NCBI GenBank assembly: GCA_964353865.1
Contig: CAYGXJ010000002.1
Span: 9,904 to 73,903, forward strand
Length of the DNA: 64,000 bases
Reading direction: 5' to 3'
DNA from: an uncultured Anaerolineales bacterium
GTDB taxonomy: Bacteria > Chloroflexota > Anaerolineae > Anaerolineales > RBG-16-64-43
The notes beneath the pieces were generated by a model. It worked only from the letters and a program-made list of their open reading frames with translations, was not told where the DNA came from and searched no databases. The stretch's first letter is position 1, and every line of letters starts with the position of its first letter. Made by a program: the position numbers and the translations under genes. Positions 1 through 11,833 of this stretch are shown in pieces.

Positions 1-644
1 TGCTGCGCTCAGTGCACGCGTGCGCCCCCTCGCACGTGCCCATCCTGGGCGTCAACCTCGGTCGCTTCGGCTTCCTAGCCGAATTTCGGCGCGAGGAATG
101 GCGCGAGGGCTTGACCCAGGTCCTGCAGGGGCACTATTGGGTCGAACGGCGCATGATGCTGCACGCCGAACACCGCCGCGGCGAGACGCGCCTGGGGGAG
201 TGGGAAGTGCTCAACGAGTGCGTTGTGGCCCGCGGGCGCATGATGCGCCTGCTGCGTCTGGAGGCGCGCATTGATGGAGACCCGCTGGCCACATATGCCG
301 CCGACGGATTGGTCGCGGCCACGGCCACCGGCTCGACGGCTTATGCACTGGCCGCGGGCGGGCCGATCCTGCCGCCCGAGATGCGCAACATCCTGCTCGT
401 GCCAATTGCCGCACATTTGTCGATGGATCGTGGAATCGTCCTGCCCGAGGGTTCACGTGCAACGATCATCGTTCACTACGAGCACGATGCCCTGCTCTCG
501 TGCGACGGGCAGCCGTCGGACGACATGGCCGATGGCGACGAACTGCACGTTTCGACCTCCGCCGACGAGGCTTGGTTCGTCCGCGTGCAGGGCCGCGGCT
601 ATTTCTTCCGCAACATGATGTCGCGCATGCAGCGCAGCTCCTGA
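1..644 (+). CDS. nadK: NAD(+) kinase, C-terminal part (5' end outside the window)
   Basis: ORF 12..644 is open to the window edge. It carries the motifs GVNLGRFGFLAEF and ATGSTAYALAAGGPIL, typical of ATP-NAD kinases. Confidence 0.85.
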   Translation, partial: LRSVHACAPSHVPILGVNLGRFGFLAEFRREEWREGLTQVLQGHYWVERRMMLHAEHRRGETRLGEWEVLNECVVARGRMMRLLRLEARIDGDPLATYAADGLVAATATGSTAYALAAGGPILPPEMRNILLVPIAAHLSMDRGIVLPEGSRATIIVHYEHDALLSCDGQPSDDMADGDELHVSTSADEAWFVRVQGRGYFFRNMMSRMQRSS

Positions 645-654
645 GAGCCGTTCC

Positions 655-1200
655 ATGACCGCCTCCGACGCTGCCTCCGCGACCTGCGCCTACCACCCCG
701 GGCGGCCGGCCACCCTGCGCTGCAACCGCTGCGACAGGCCGATCTGCGCCAAATGCGCGGTGCTCACACCGGTAGGCTATCGCTGCAAAGAGTGCGTGCG
801 CGGGCAACAGAAGATCTTCGAAACCGCCCGGTGGTACGACTTTGCCATTGCCTTCGTGGTTTCGGCGGTGGCTGCGGCCCTGGGGTCGTTGGTCGTCTCG
901 TTTGTGGGTTTCTTCGTCTTCTTCATTGCCCCCTCGATCGGAGTCGGCACGGCGGAAATCGTGCGGCGTGCGGTTCGCCATCGGCGCAGCCGCTACCTGC
1001 CGCTGGTGGCCGGCATCGGAGCCGCTGTGGGAATCACACCGCAGGTGCTCGGACCATTGGTGCTCGTCGGCATTGGATTGCTCAGCGGCGGTGCGCTGCA
1101 GGCGCTGGCCGGCGGGTTGGTGGCCATTGTCTACCCCGCGGCTTACGCCTTCTTGATGATCGGTGGGCTCGTGGCTAGCCTGCGCGGCATCCGAATCTGA
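655..1200 (+). CDS. Membrane protein with N-terminal B-box/zinc-ribbon (CxxH...CxxC...CxxC...CxxC) and about 4 TM helices
   Basis: The 181 aa ORF has the Cys/His cluster CAYHPGRPATLRCNRCDRPICAKCAV...YRCKEC followed by hydrophobic helices. It starts 11 nt after nadK. Confidence 0.55.
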   Translation: MTASDAASATCAYHPGRPATLRCNRCDRPICAKCAVLTPVGYRCKECVRGQQKIFETARWYDFAIAFVVSAVAAALGSLVVSFVGFFVFFIAPSIGVGTAEIVRRAVRHRRSRYLPLVAGIGAAVGITPQVLGPLVLVGIGLLSGGALQALAGGLVAIVYPAAYAFLMIGGLVASLRGIRI

Positions 1201-1358
1201 GCGAGCTGCCGACACCGCGAGAGCAGCCATGCCGAGGCGTCTGCAGATCCAGTCCTCGGTTCCTCATTGATGTCTCGGCGCTGTCCCCGGCCTGCAGCTC
1301 GGGGCAGGCTGCGCTCTCGGCGGTGAAGGATTCTCCACAACGGACGTGAGAACTCAAC

Positions 1359-3095
1359 GTGCTGACTGAACTGTGGATCCACAACTTCGCGATCATCGAT
1401 GAGCTGCACCTGACGCTCAAGCCCGGGCTGATTGTCTTTACGGGCGAGACCGGTGCAGGAAAATCGATCATTGTCGATGCGATCGAGCTCCTCCTGGGCG
1501 GGCGCGCGGAGAGCGCGGTCATCCGCACCTCTGCGGAGGTGGCGACGGTAGAAGGCGCTTTCCAATTGCCGTCCGAGTTGCGCGGCGAGGTGCAGTCCAT
1601 CTTGGAGGCGGAAGGTCTGTGGGAAGAAGACGGCACGCTCACCCTGGGGCGCGAAGTGCGCCGCGAGGGCCGCAACATCGCACGCGTCAACGGGCGCGTG
1701 GTCAACCTCGGCGTGCTGCGCGAGATCGGCCAGTATCTGGTCGACGTGCACGGCCAATCGGAACATCTTTCGCTGCTGCGCGTGCGCGAGCATCTGGGTC
1801 TCTTGGATCGTTTCGCGGGAGTCGAGGCGGAGCGCGACGCGTTGGCGGCGGACGTGCTGGCTTTGCGCGCGGTGCGCGAAGAACTACAACGGCTGCGCGA
1901 CGGCGAACGCGACGCGGCTCGGCGGGCCGACATGCTGACGTTTCAGATCAACGAGATCGGCGCGGCCAAGCTCAAACTGGGCGAGGATGAGGCGCTGCTC
2001 GAAGAGCGCACGCGGCTCGCGAACGCCGAACAACTGGCGGCACTGGCCGATGCGGCCATCCTGGCCTTGGATGAGGGCAGCCAAGAGAGGGTGGCCGCCA
2101 CAGATCTCGTCGGCGAGGCGGAACGCGCCCTGAGCGCGCTGGCGCGCATTGATGCGACACGCAACACGGCGCGCGACTCGCTGCAAGGCGCGGCGGAGCA
2201 GCTGGCCGAATTGGCCCGCGAGCTGCGTGCTTACCGCGAATCGATCGAGTTCAACCCACGGCGTCTGGAGCAGGTTGAGGAACGCCTCGAACTCATTGCC
2301 AACCTCAAGCGCAAGTACGGCGAATCGCCGGCGGCCATCGGCGAGTACGCGCTGAAAGCTCAGCGCGAGATGGACGGCATCACCCATGCCGATGAACGCA
2401 TGGCCGAACTCGCGGCGCAGGAAGAACAGAGGCTGCTCAGCGTAGGCACGCTGGGCACCGCGCTCTCCGAGAAGCGGCGGGCCGCAGGGGCCGAGCTCGC
2501 ACGCGGCATCGAGGCCGAGCTGGGCGATCTGCGCATGGCCGGCGCACACTTTGCGGTCGATATCCAGTGGAAGGATGATCCACTGGGTGCGTACGCCGGA
2601 GAGCGGCGTGTGGCCTATGAGGCCGCCGGCCTCGACCGGGTGGAATTCCTCGTCGCGCCCAACCCCGGCGAAGGACTCAAGCCGCTGGTCAAGGTAGCTT
2701 CCGGCGGCGAAACCTCGCGCCTGATGCTGGCCCTCAAGAGCGTGCTGGCGCGCGCCGATCGCACACCGACGCTTATCTTTGATGAGATCGACCAAGGCAT
2801 CGGCGGACGCGTGGGCGCCGTCGTCGGGCGCAAGTTGTGGAACCTCACCCCGCCCCATCAAGTGCTGTGTGTCACCCACTTGCCGCAACTCGCCGGCTTT
2901 GGCGATCAGCATCTGCGAGTCGAGAAGCGCAGCCAGGGCGAGCGAACGGTCACCGAGGTGCGCTCGCTCTCTGCCAAGGAACGCGTGGCCGAGCTGGCCG
3001 CCATGTTGGGCACACTCAGTGAGCGGACAAAAGAGTCGGCCGAGGAAATCCTGGAGTTGGTGGCCAAGGAAAAGGCCGCGCGAGCATCGGCGTAG
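1359..3095 (+). CDS. recN: DNA repair protein RecN
   Basis: 578 aa with a GTG start. The N-terminus LWIHNFAIIDELHLTLKPGLIVFTGETGAGKSI carries a Walker A motif. A long coiled coil follows, then C-terminal SGGETSRLMLALK and LIFDEIDQGIGG (signature/Walker B). Confidence 0.92.
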   Translation: MLTELWIHNFAIIDELHLTLKPGLIVFTGETGAGKSIIVDAIELLLGGRAESAVIRTSAEVATVEGAFQLPSELRGEVQSILEAEGLWEEDGTLTLGREVRREGRNIARVNGRVVNLGVLREIGQYLVDVHGQSEHLSLLRVREHLGLLDRFAGVEAERDALAADVLALRAVREELQRLRDGERDAARRADMLTFQINEIGAAKLKLGEDEALLEERTRLANAEQLAALADAAILALDEGSQERVAATDLVGEAERALSALARIDATRNTARDSLQGAAEQLAELARELRAYRESIEFNPRRLEQVEERLELIANLKRKYGESPAAIGEYALKAQREMDGITHADERMAELAAQEEQRLLSVGTLGTALSEKRRAAGAELARGIEAELGDLRMAGAHFAVDIQWKDDPLGAYAGERRVAYEAAGLDRVEFLVAPNPGEGLKPLVKVASGGETSRLMLALKSVLARADRTPTLIFDEIDQGIGGRVGAVVGRKLWNLTPPHQVLCVTHLPQLAGFGDQHLRVEKRSQGERTVTEVRSLSAKERVAELAAMLGTLSERTKESAEEILELVAKEKAARASA

Positions 3096-3151
3096 TGGCC
3101 TTGGGAATAGATTGTGTCTCGTGCGCTGTCGTCCTCGACCGCGCGCATTTG

Positions 3152-3203
3152 TTGTCGAATGCGATGCGTGAGGGATAATAGCGACCAAGCCGCGTGCTAT
3201 AAT
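3152..3203 (+). promoter_or_regulatory. Candidate sigma70-type promoter(s) for icd
   Basis: TTGTCG (3152-3157), a 16-nt spacer, then GATAAT (3174-3179). A second candidate is the extended -10 TGcTATAAT (3195-3203), 50 nt upstream of the icd ATG. Confidence 0.35.
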
Positions 3204-3253
3204 CCGGTTTGTTTCCTCACAGCGCGCATCACCCCACCTTGGAGAGCACTCGC

Positions 3254-4669
<1,416 letters not shown>

Positions 4670-4681
4670 GCTGGAAAACAG

Positions 4682-4710
4682 ACACGAGGCCTCGCTGCGA
4701 GGCCTCGTGT
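4682..4710. terminator. Perfect 13-bp-stem hairpin between convergent transcription units
   Basis: ACACGAGGCCTCG-ctg-CGAGGCCTCGTGT. On the minus strand it is followed by CTGTTTTCC, on the plus strand by GATTCC. It lies 13 nt after the icd stop. Confidence 0.55.
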
Positions 4711-4726
4711 GATTCCGTCGCTCCGG

Positions 4727-4897
4727 TCACCGCTTGCCGCGCCGGCCGCGTTCTTCGTTGTTGAACACCCAGCCGGCAATTTCGCCGACCTCGAAGTGGT
4801 CTTCGTCGCTCCAGCGCCGGGCGCTGGGGTAGGCCCGGTCGAGGCGCGGAATGCGGACGGGCTGCGCCGCTGCTGATTGTGCCCGGGTTGCGATCAT
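4727..4897 (-). CDS. Small hypothetical protein (56 aa)
   Basis: ATG at 4897 inside ORF 4727..4984, with high third-position GC in this frame. The hairpin with a U-tract lies downstream on this strand. No clear RBS. Confidence 0.3.
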   Translation of the reverse strand: MIATRAQSAAAQPVRIPRLDRAYPSARRWSDEDHFEVGEIAGWVFNNEERGRRGKR

Positions 4898-5026
4898 GAG
4901 ATGTGCGAGGAAAGGGACACGAGCCGAGAGGATCGCCAGACGGCAACTAGCACTCCCGCCGCGTACAGAAGTAGGGAATGGCAAGGAGCATCAATCGGCG
5001 CGGCGGGTTCTGCATCGGGCGTGTGA

Positions 5027-6217
<1,191 letters not shown>

Positions 6218-6228
6218 TTTTGGGACTC

Positions 6229-7452
6229 TTACCCGCGGTGGTGAGGCTCAACGGCAATCCATTCCGCCTGGGTGAGCAAGCGGCCCGGCGCCTCAGCCCG
6301 GAGTTCCATCACGCGCGAGGGCGCAAAGTAGGCAAAGTCGAATTCAACCGGGTCGCCGGTGCGTTTGCCGGGCAGCGGCATGAGCCGCGCGGTGAGCGGC
6401 TTGGCGAGGCGCAGCGCCACGGCGGCAACGTCGAAGAGCAGCGAAGCCAACTGCGGCGCGCGGGTCTCGCCTGGCAGCGGGATGGTGTCGAGCCCGGTGC
6501 CGCACATCGTGCAGCAGAGCAACAGGTCGCTCAAGGCGAGGGCTCCCTCGCCCGCGCGGCGCGCAAGGATTGCGTCCTCGAGAATCGGCAGAAACAACCC
6601 GCAGAAGCCGGCGCGCTGGAAGACCGCGCGGTCAATTGCCTGGGTAAGCAATGCGGCCGCGAGTGCGCTGCCTGCCAGGCCCACGCGTGCGACGCCCAAG
6701 CGCTCGAAAGCGGCCCCGATGGAAGCAGCTTCCACCGGGAAGGGTGCGAGAGAGAAATCGATACCCGCGAAGCGCGCCCCTCGCAACTCGTCTGATTTCG
6801 TCACGGCCTCGGTCAACATGCCCGCCGCGTGTTCGATGCCTTCGGTCAAGCGGCGGCTCCCAGTGTCAAGATCCGGTGCATGGTTGAATGCTTCGACGGC
6901 TAGGTCCGCCGACTCGGTGGCTATGGCGAAGGCGGGCGCCCCGCCTGCGTGATACGCCGCCGGGAAGAAGGGCGAATGCGGGCCGACGCCTGCCAGCGCG
7001 GCCAGCCGCAGGTTGGCAAACCCGTCCGGGCGAAGTTGTGCAACGCGCCCGATGGCCTCCGCGGCGGCTTGCACGGCGGCCGTGGATATACCGCGCCGCG
7101 AGTCGGTCAGAAGAATCGATGCGAACAGCTTCTCGTCGGCGGCCAGAATATCCGGCACGAGCGCACACGCCTGCGGCTGAACGGGAAGGGCCGGGCCGAG
7201 CGAGAGATAGCTGATCGGTTTCGAGTCGAGCAGGGCAGCCAGTGCGCGCGCGCCGTCTGCGGCGGCCTCGGGTGAGGCCAACGGCAGATACTCCGCGAAA
7301 GGCTGCGTGGCCAAGCGTGTGGTTTGGACTTCGAAGCCGGCACACTCAACGGCCTGGCGCGCGTGCTCGAGAATGCGTGCCGCCTCGTCAAGCCGCCGCG
7401 CCTCCGGCGGCCAGCCCAGTTCACAGAAAAAGGTGATCGAACGGACCTTCAC
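6229..7452 (-). CDS. Conserved protein, tentatively DUF711/UPF0210-like
   Basis: 407 aa, with N-terminus MKVRSITFF. Its start overlaps the upstream trmH-like stop by 4 nt. The family assignment is from memory of DUF711 N-termini only. Confidence 0.5.
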   Translation of the reverse strand: MKVRSITFFCELGWPPEARRLDEAARILEHARQAVECAGFEVQTTRLATQPFAEYLPLASPEAAADGARALAALLDSKPISYLSLGPALPVQPQACALVPDILAADEKLFASILLTDSRRGISTAAVQAAAEAIGRVAQLRPDGFANLRLAALAGVGPHSPFFPAAYHAGGAPAFAIATESADLAVEAFNHAPDLDTGSRRLTEGIEHAAGMLTEAVTKSDELRGARFAGIDFSLAPFPVEAASIGAAFERLGVARVGLAGSALAAALLTQAIDRAVFQRAGFCGLFLPILEDAILARRAGEGALALSDLLLCCTMCGTGLDTIPLPGETRAPQLASLLFDVAAVALRLAKPLTARLMPLPGKRTGDPVEFDFAYFAPSRVMELRAEAPGRLLTQAEWIAVEPHHRG

Positions 7453-8225
7453 GACCGGCTCCGCCGTTGTCGCGCGGCCTGGTAGAGCAGGATGCCCGCG
7501 GCAACGACCGCATTCAAGGATTCTGCCTTACCCGGCATGGGGATGAGGACGCGCGCCGTGGCGGCCGCCTGGGCAAGTGCCCCCGCACCCTCGGCTTCCG
7601 AACCAAGGATGAGGCCGATGCGCCCGCGCCAGGATACTTGGTCGCAGGGTGTACCCTCTTCGGCCTCGGCCAGATACAGACGGAACCCGTTCAGGCGCGC
7701 CTGAGCTTCGGGCCAGGTAGCTTCGATGAGGGGCAGACGGAAATGCGCGCCCATCGCGCCGCGCACCACCTTGGGGTTATAAGCATCAACGCACCCGGGC
7801 ATCAGGAACACCGCCTGCACGCCAAAGGCCTCCGCCGTGCGCAGCACCGTGCCCAGGTTGCCGGGGTTGGCCAGTCCGTCGGCCAGCAGCACGAACTCGA
7901 GCGGCGCGGCGAGCGGGGCCTCGACCCACGCCACGACGGCCAACATGCCCGACGGCGTCGTCGTATCAGAGCAGGCCTTGAGAATCTCCGGGCTGACCTC
8001 TTCCACGGTGGCGCCCAGGCGCGCTGCCTGGTTGAGCAGCGAGCGCTGCGGCGGCTTGAGCCCGCCACTGTGGAAGACCACGCGCAGCGGAGCATGGGCA
8101 TTCACCGCCTCCACCAGCAGCCGTTCACCCTCAATGACAAACAACTTCGCTCGAGCGCGGGCTTTGGCTTGCGCCTGCAGCGTGCGAATGAGCTTGACGC
8201 GCTCGTTACTCACGGAAGTGATCAT
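7449..8225 (-). CDS. TrmH/SpoU-family RNA 2'-O-methyltransferase
   Basis: 258 aa with motifs NPGNLGTVLRTAEAFG, LILGSEAEG and IPMPGKAESLNAVVAAGILLY (SPOUT knot). Confidence 0.85.
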   Translation of the reverse strand: MITSVSNERVKLIRTLQAQAKARARAKLFVIEGERLLVEAVNAHAPLRVVFHSGGLKPPQRSLLNQAARLGATVEEVSPEILKACSDTTTPSGMLAVVAWVEAPLAAPLEFVLLADGLANPGNLGTVLRTAEAFGVQAVFLMPGCVDAYNPKVVRGAMGAHFRLPLIEATWPEAQARLNGFRLYLAEAEEGTPCDQVSWRGRIGLILGSEAEGAGALAQAAATARVLIPMPGKAESLNAVVAAGILLYQAARQRRSRS

Positions 8226-8255
8226 GGGTGATTCCCTTGGTGGCCTGGGTGCGAC

Positions 8256-8825
8256 TCAGGTGGGCGGCCAACGCCGGTCAAACTCGCTGCGGAAGACTCC
8301 CAGCGTGGGTTCATCGATGACGGTGATGCGAATTTCTGCAAGCGAGATCGCGGATGCGCTGCCCATGAAGTCGAGCACGGCCTGCAGGATAACGTGCGCG
8401 CCACGCGCTTTGGGGAATCCGAAGATACCGGTGCTGATGGCGGGCATGGCGAGGCTGTGAAACCCCTGGGCTGCGGCCAGCGCAAGGGAACTGGCGACGG
8501 CCGCGGCAAGTTTGCGGTCTTCATCTCCCTCGCCCCACACCGGGCCGACGGCATGGATGACGGCACGGCAGGGGAGCTTTCCGGCGCCGGTAAGGCCTGG
8601 ATGCGTGGGGCTCGCAGGCCCGTGCGCCTGCACCCACCTGTCGCTTTCCTCCTGGATGATAGGCCCTCCGCGGCGGAGGATCGCGCCGGCCACGCCCCCG
8701 CCGTGCTGCAACTCCCCGTTGGCGGCGTTGACGATGGCATCCAGCGGTTCTTCGGTCAGGTCGCCGTGCGCGAGGCGCAACTGGCAGCCGCCGGCGAGAG
8801 TCTCAGTTCGAATCACACGCGACAT
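8256..8825 (-). CDS. Macro-domain protein (ADP-ribose/O-acetyl-ADP-ribose hydrolase family)
   Basis: 189 aa with motifs GDLTEEPLDAIVNAANGELQHGGGVAGAI, AVIHAVGPVW and AMPAISTGIFGFP. Confidence 0.85.
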   Translation of the reverse strand: MSRVIRTETLAGGCQLRLAHGDLTEEPLDAIVNAANGELQHGGGVAGAILRRGGPIIQEESDRWVQAHGPASPTHPGLTGAGKLPCRAVIHAVGPVWGEGDEDRKLAAAVASSLALAAAQGFHSLAMPAISTGIFGFPKARGAHVILQAVLDFMGSASAISLAEIRITVIDEPTLGVFRSEFDRRWPPT

Positions 8826-8945
8826 GGGGCCACCCGGGGTGATGTTGCGCGTATCGTATCGCGAATTGGCGTGGGGCGCGAGAGCTGCTGGGCAAAAAGA
8901 AAGGCCCGGCGCGCGGCCGGGCCTGTGAAGAACGAGCCTGGGAGA

Positions 8946-9293
8946 TCAGCTGCGAGTTGATTCGACGATGCGCTCGAAGGCCTGCGGGTCGCGCACCGCG
9001 AGATCGGCCAGCATCTTGCGGTTGAGGTTGATATTGGCGCGGTGCAACCCGGCAATCAAGCGACTGTAGGTACTGCCACTGAGACGTGCGGCGGCGTTGA
9101 TGCGGGCGATCCACAGCCGGCGCAGGTCGCGCTTGCGGTTGCGCCGGTCGCGATAGGCGTACCACAGGCTCTTGAGCATGGCCTCGTTGGCGCGGCGGAA
9201 CAGGCGATGCCGCGAGCCAAATTGGCCCTTGCCCATGTGGATGATCTTGCGGTGACGCAGATGAGGCCGAGGGCCTCCCTTGACGCGTGCCAT
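8946..9293 (-). CDS. rplT: 50S ribosomal protein L20
   Basis: 115 aa: [17 protein letters not shown]...[26 protein letters not shown]. Confidence 0.96.
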   Translation of the reverse strand: MARVKGGPRPHLRHRKIIHMGKGQFGSRHRLFRRANEAMLKSLWYAYRDRRNRKRDLRRLWIARINAAARLSGSTYSRLIAGLHRANINLNRKMLADLAVRDPQAFERIVESTRS

Positions 9294-9372
9294 GCTTCAT
9301 TCTCCTGCCGACCCCTGCGCGCCGGGAGGTGGGTTCCCAGTTGAGTGCGCGCAACAGCGGCAAACGACCCGC

Positions 9373-9624
9373 CTAACGCGGCGGGTTGGCTTTGTACTTG
9401 CTCATGTACGGAGCCAGGCTCTTGACGCGCTTGGTTGTGCGCTTACCTTTGACCACCACCATCTCGGCCAAGAGGGCCTTGGTGCGGCGTGGCGTGCGGC
9501 GGCGCAAGTGGCTCTTGCCGCCCTTGGTGCGCACCAGTTTGCCCGAGCCGGTCAGGCGGAAGCGCTTGGCGCTCGCCTTGTGCGTCTTGAGCTTGGTCTT
9601 GCCGGCTTTCACTTTGCGAGGCAT
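9373..9624 (-). CDS. rpmI: 50S ribosomal protein L35 (longer than typical)
   Basis: ATG at 9624 with a GGGAGA RBS. The core is KTHKASAKRFRLTGSGKLVRTKGGKSHLRRR. The product is 83 aa with extra N- and C-terminal basic residues. Confidence 0.9.
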   Translation of the reverse strand: MPRKVKAGKTKLKTHKASAKRFRLTGSGKLVRTKGGKSHLRRRTPRRTKALLAEMVVVKGKRTTKRVKSLAPYMSKYKANPPR

Positions 9625-9711
9625 CCTGTTCTCCCTGCTGAGCCTGTCTCTCAATCACAGGCGGCGCGCTGGGCGCCGCCTGGTTTTGAACCGTGCAGCA
9701 TGCGGTGCAGC

Positions 9712-10230
9712 CTACTTCTTCTTTGCCGGGCCGATGACCATCAGCATCGTCCGGCCTTCCATATCCGGGTTCTGTTCCACCACGCCCACGTCGGAGAGTT
9801 CTTGGGCGATCTGTGCCAGATCTTCGCGCGCAATCTCCGGGTAAGTAATCTCGCGCCCGCGGAAGCGGATGCGCACCTTGACCTTCATCCCATCGAGCAG
9901 CCAGCGGCGCGCGTCGCGCAGCTTGAATGCGCGGTGGTGATCGGTCGTCTTGGGGCGCAGGCGGATCTCTTTGACCTCGATCTTGGTCTGGGCGCGCCGC
10001 GCCTCGCGTTCTTTCTTGGCTTTCTCGTAGAGGAACTTGCCAAAATTCAGCACACGGCAAACGGGCGGGTCGGCGTTGGGCGAGACTTCAACCAGGTCCA
10101 AGTTGGCCTCGCGGGCGATACGCAGCGCCTCTTGAGTCGTGACCACGCCTACGTTGGACCCGTCCGGCCCGATCAGGCGAACCTGGCGAACCCGGATGGC
10201 TTCGTTGATACGGAATTCCGATGCGCTGAT
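9712..10230 (-). CDS. infC: Translation initiation factor IF-3, non-canonical ATC start
   Basis: The tracked ORF starts at an internal GTG (10146). Conserved IF-3 N-terminal residues (ISASEFRINEAIRVRQVRLIGPDGSNVG) continue in frame upstream to ATC at 10228-10230, preceded by GGAGGAGG. Confidence 0.85.
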   Translation of the reverse strand: MSASEFRINEAIRVRQVRLIGPDGSNVGVVTTQEALRIAREANLDLVEVSPNADPPVCRVLNFGKFLYEKAKKEREARRAQTKIEVKEIRLRPKTTDHHRAFKLRDARRWLLDGMKVKVRIRFRGREITYPEIAREDLAQIAQELSDVGVVEQNPDMEGRTMLMVIGPAKKK

Positions 10231-10324
10231 GGGTGTTCCTCCTCCTGAGCCGCGCCCCCGAACGGGTCGGGTCGAGCGCGGGCGCAGTTTACCATGAATG
10301 AGAACCGGGCGTCAACCAAAACGC

Positions 10325-11023
10325 CTATTCGGCGGCGGGCTGGGCCTCAGAGCCGGTGCGTGGAATGATGGTCACCTTGCGGTGATTGCCAGTTCCGACG
10401 CTCTCGGTATGCACCTGGTCGTGGCCGCGGAGTTCGAGATGGACGATGCGCCGGTCGGCGGCGGTCATCGGTTCGAGGGCCACGGTGCGCCCGTGTTCCA
10501 TCACCTGCAGTGCGGCGCGGCGGGCCATGCGGCGCAGTTGCTGCTCGCGACGTTCGCGGAAGCCCTCGGCGTCGACCACCACCGGCAGCGGGTGGCCCAG
10601 TTCGCGGGCCACGATCAGGCGGGTGATGTATTGCAGGGCGGCCAGGCCGTCGCCGCGCTGGGCAGTGAGAGCACCCAGGTGCTCGCCGTGCAAGTCCACC
10701 CAGGCGTGGCGCGGCTCGTCGGGTCTTTCCGGCTCCACCCAACGCATGCTTATGCGCCCGTGCAGGCCCATGCGCGTGAGCAGTTCCTCGACCACGGTGT
10801 GCACCATCTCCAGTTCCGCATCGCCCGAGGCACCCTCGGTCGTGCGCAGAGTCAGCCGCACGCGCGCCTGACGCGGGGCTTCGCCGTCGTCGGCGCCGCC
10901 CTGGTCAAGCACCGTCACCTCCACCTGCTCGCGGGGTACGCCAAGCTCGGTCACCCCGCGCTCGACGGCCTCCTCGACGGTGGGAGCAATGACTTCCAGG
11001 TTGGCTTGTCGCATGAACCCCAT
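10325..11023 (-). CDS. jag: Jag/SpoIIIJ-associated RNA-binding protein (Jag_N, KH, R3H)
   Basis: 232 aa located immediately downstream of yidC. The N-terminus reads EVIAPTVEEAVERGVTELGV. The C-terminus has an R3H-like segment LEPMTAADRRIVHLEL. Confidence 0.8.
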   Translation of the reverse strand: MGFMRQANLEVIAPTVEEAVERGVTELGVPREQVEVTVLDQGGADDGEAPRQARVRLTLRTTEGASGDAELEMVHTVVEELLTRMGLHGRISMRWVEPERPDEPRHAWVDLHGEHLGALTAQRGDGLAALQYITRLIVARELGHPLPVVVDAEGFRERREQQLRRMARRAALQVMEHGRTVALEPMTAADRRIVHLELRGHDQVHTESVGTGNHRKVTIIPRTGSEAQPAAE

Positions 11024-11033
11024 CCTTGGCCGC

Positions 11034-11813
11034 CTACTTTATGGCCTTGACTGCCGGCTTGAGCCCCAGCGCGCGGCGCACATCGACCTTGCCCATCAGG
11101 GCGTACTGAGCGATGGCCAGCAGGTTGGAGACGACGAAGTACACCGACAGCCCCGAGGAGAAGGTGAGCGCGAAGTAACCCAGCAGAACGGGCATGTAGA
11201 GATTCATCATGCGCGTCATCTGAGAACTTTGCGGGTCGGCGGTGGGCGGCGTGATCAGCTTTTGCGAGAACCAGGTGGTCACCAACACCAAGATGGCCAG
11301 CACGGGAATGCCGAAGGTGGGCAGGAAAGGCAGGAACAGCCGTTCCGGTTGAGCCAGGTTCATCCACAAGAAATGATTGTCGATCGGAATCAAGCTGGTG
11401 GCGTTCGGGAAGAATTCGTAGATGTGCCGGGTCAGGTCGATAAGCTGCAACGGTGAGGCACCCAGGGTGCGCATGATGGCCTGATACAGGCCGATCAGGA
11501 TCGGCAGCTGGACGAGCGTCGGCAGGCATCCACCCAGCGGGTTGGCGCCCGCCTCGCGGTACATGCGCATCTGCTCGCTGGCCAGCTTCTCACGATCCTT
11601 GGCGTACTTCTTCTGAACCTCCTGCCACTCTTTCGACTGCATCAACTTCTGCTGCTTCTGCGTGCTCTTCTGCTGTTGATAGGTCAACGGAAAAGTCAGC
11701 AGGCGAATCAGCACAGTGAACATGATGATCGCCAGCGCGAAGTTGTGCCCCAGCAATTGATACAGGAACAGCAGGGCATTGATCATGGGGTCGAGAATGA
11801 ATGTGTTCCACAT
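11034..11813 (-). CDS. yidC: Membrane protein insertase YidC (short, Oxa1-type)
   Basis: 259 aa with multiple TM segments. Motifs include NPLGGCLPTLVQLPILIGLYQAI. Confidence 0.9.
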   Translation of the reverse strand: MWNTFILDPMINALLFLYQLLGHNFALAIIMFTVLIRLLTFPLTYQQQKSTQKQQKLMQSKEWQEVQKKYAKDREKLASEQMRMYREAGANPLGGCLPTLVQLPILIGLYQAIMRTLGASPLQLIDLTRHIYEFFPNATSLIPIDNHFLWMNLAQPERLFLPFLPTFGIPVLAILVLVTTWFSQKLITPPTADPQSSQMTRMMNLYMPVLLGYFALTFSSGLSVYFVVSNLLAIAQYALMGKVDVRRALGLKPAVKAIK

Positions 11814-11833
11814 GGGAGGTCACCTGGCTCTGC

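Noticed and set aside
1201-1358. SOS (LexA) boxes upstream of recN, uvrA (39980-40131) and ssb (50114-50250).
   Set aside because: No GAAC-N4-GTTC or CTGT-N8-ACAG type palindrome is visible in these leaders. AGAACGAACTGTTG at about 33978 is not a proper palindrome and is not in a promoter position.
8256-8825. The macro domain as a DarG-type antitoxin or Thoeris-like defence component.
   Set aside because: There is no DarT, TIR or SIR2 partner. The gene is a single-domain macro protein embedded in a ribosomal-protein and RNA-modification operon.
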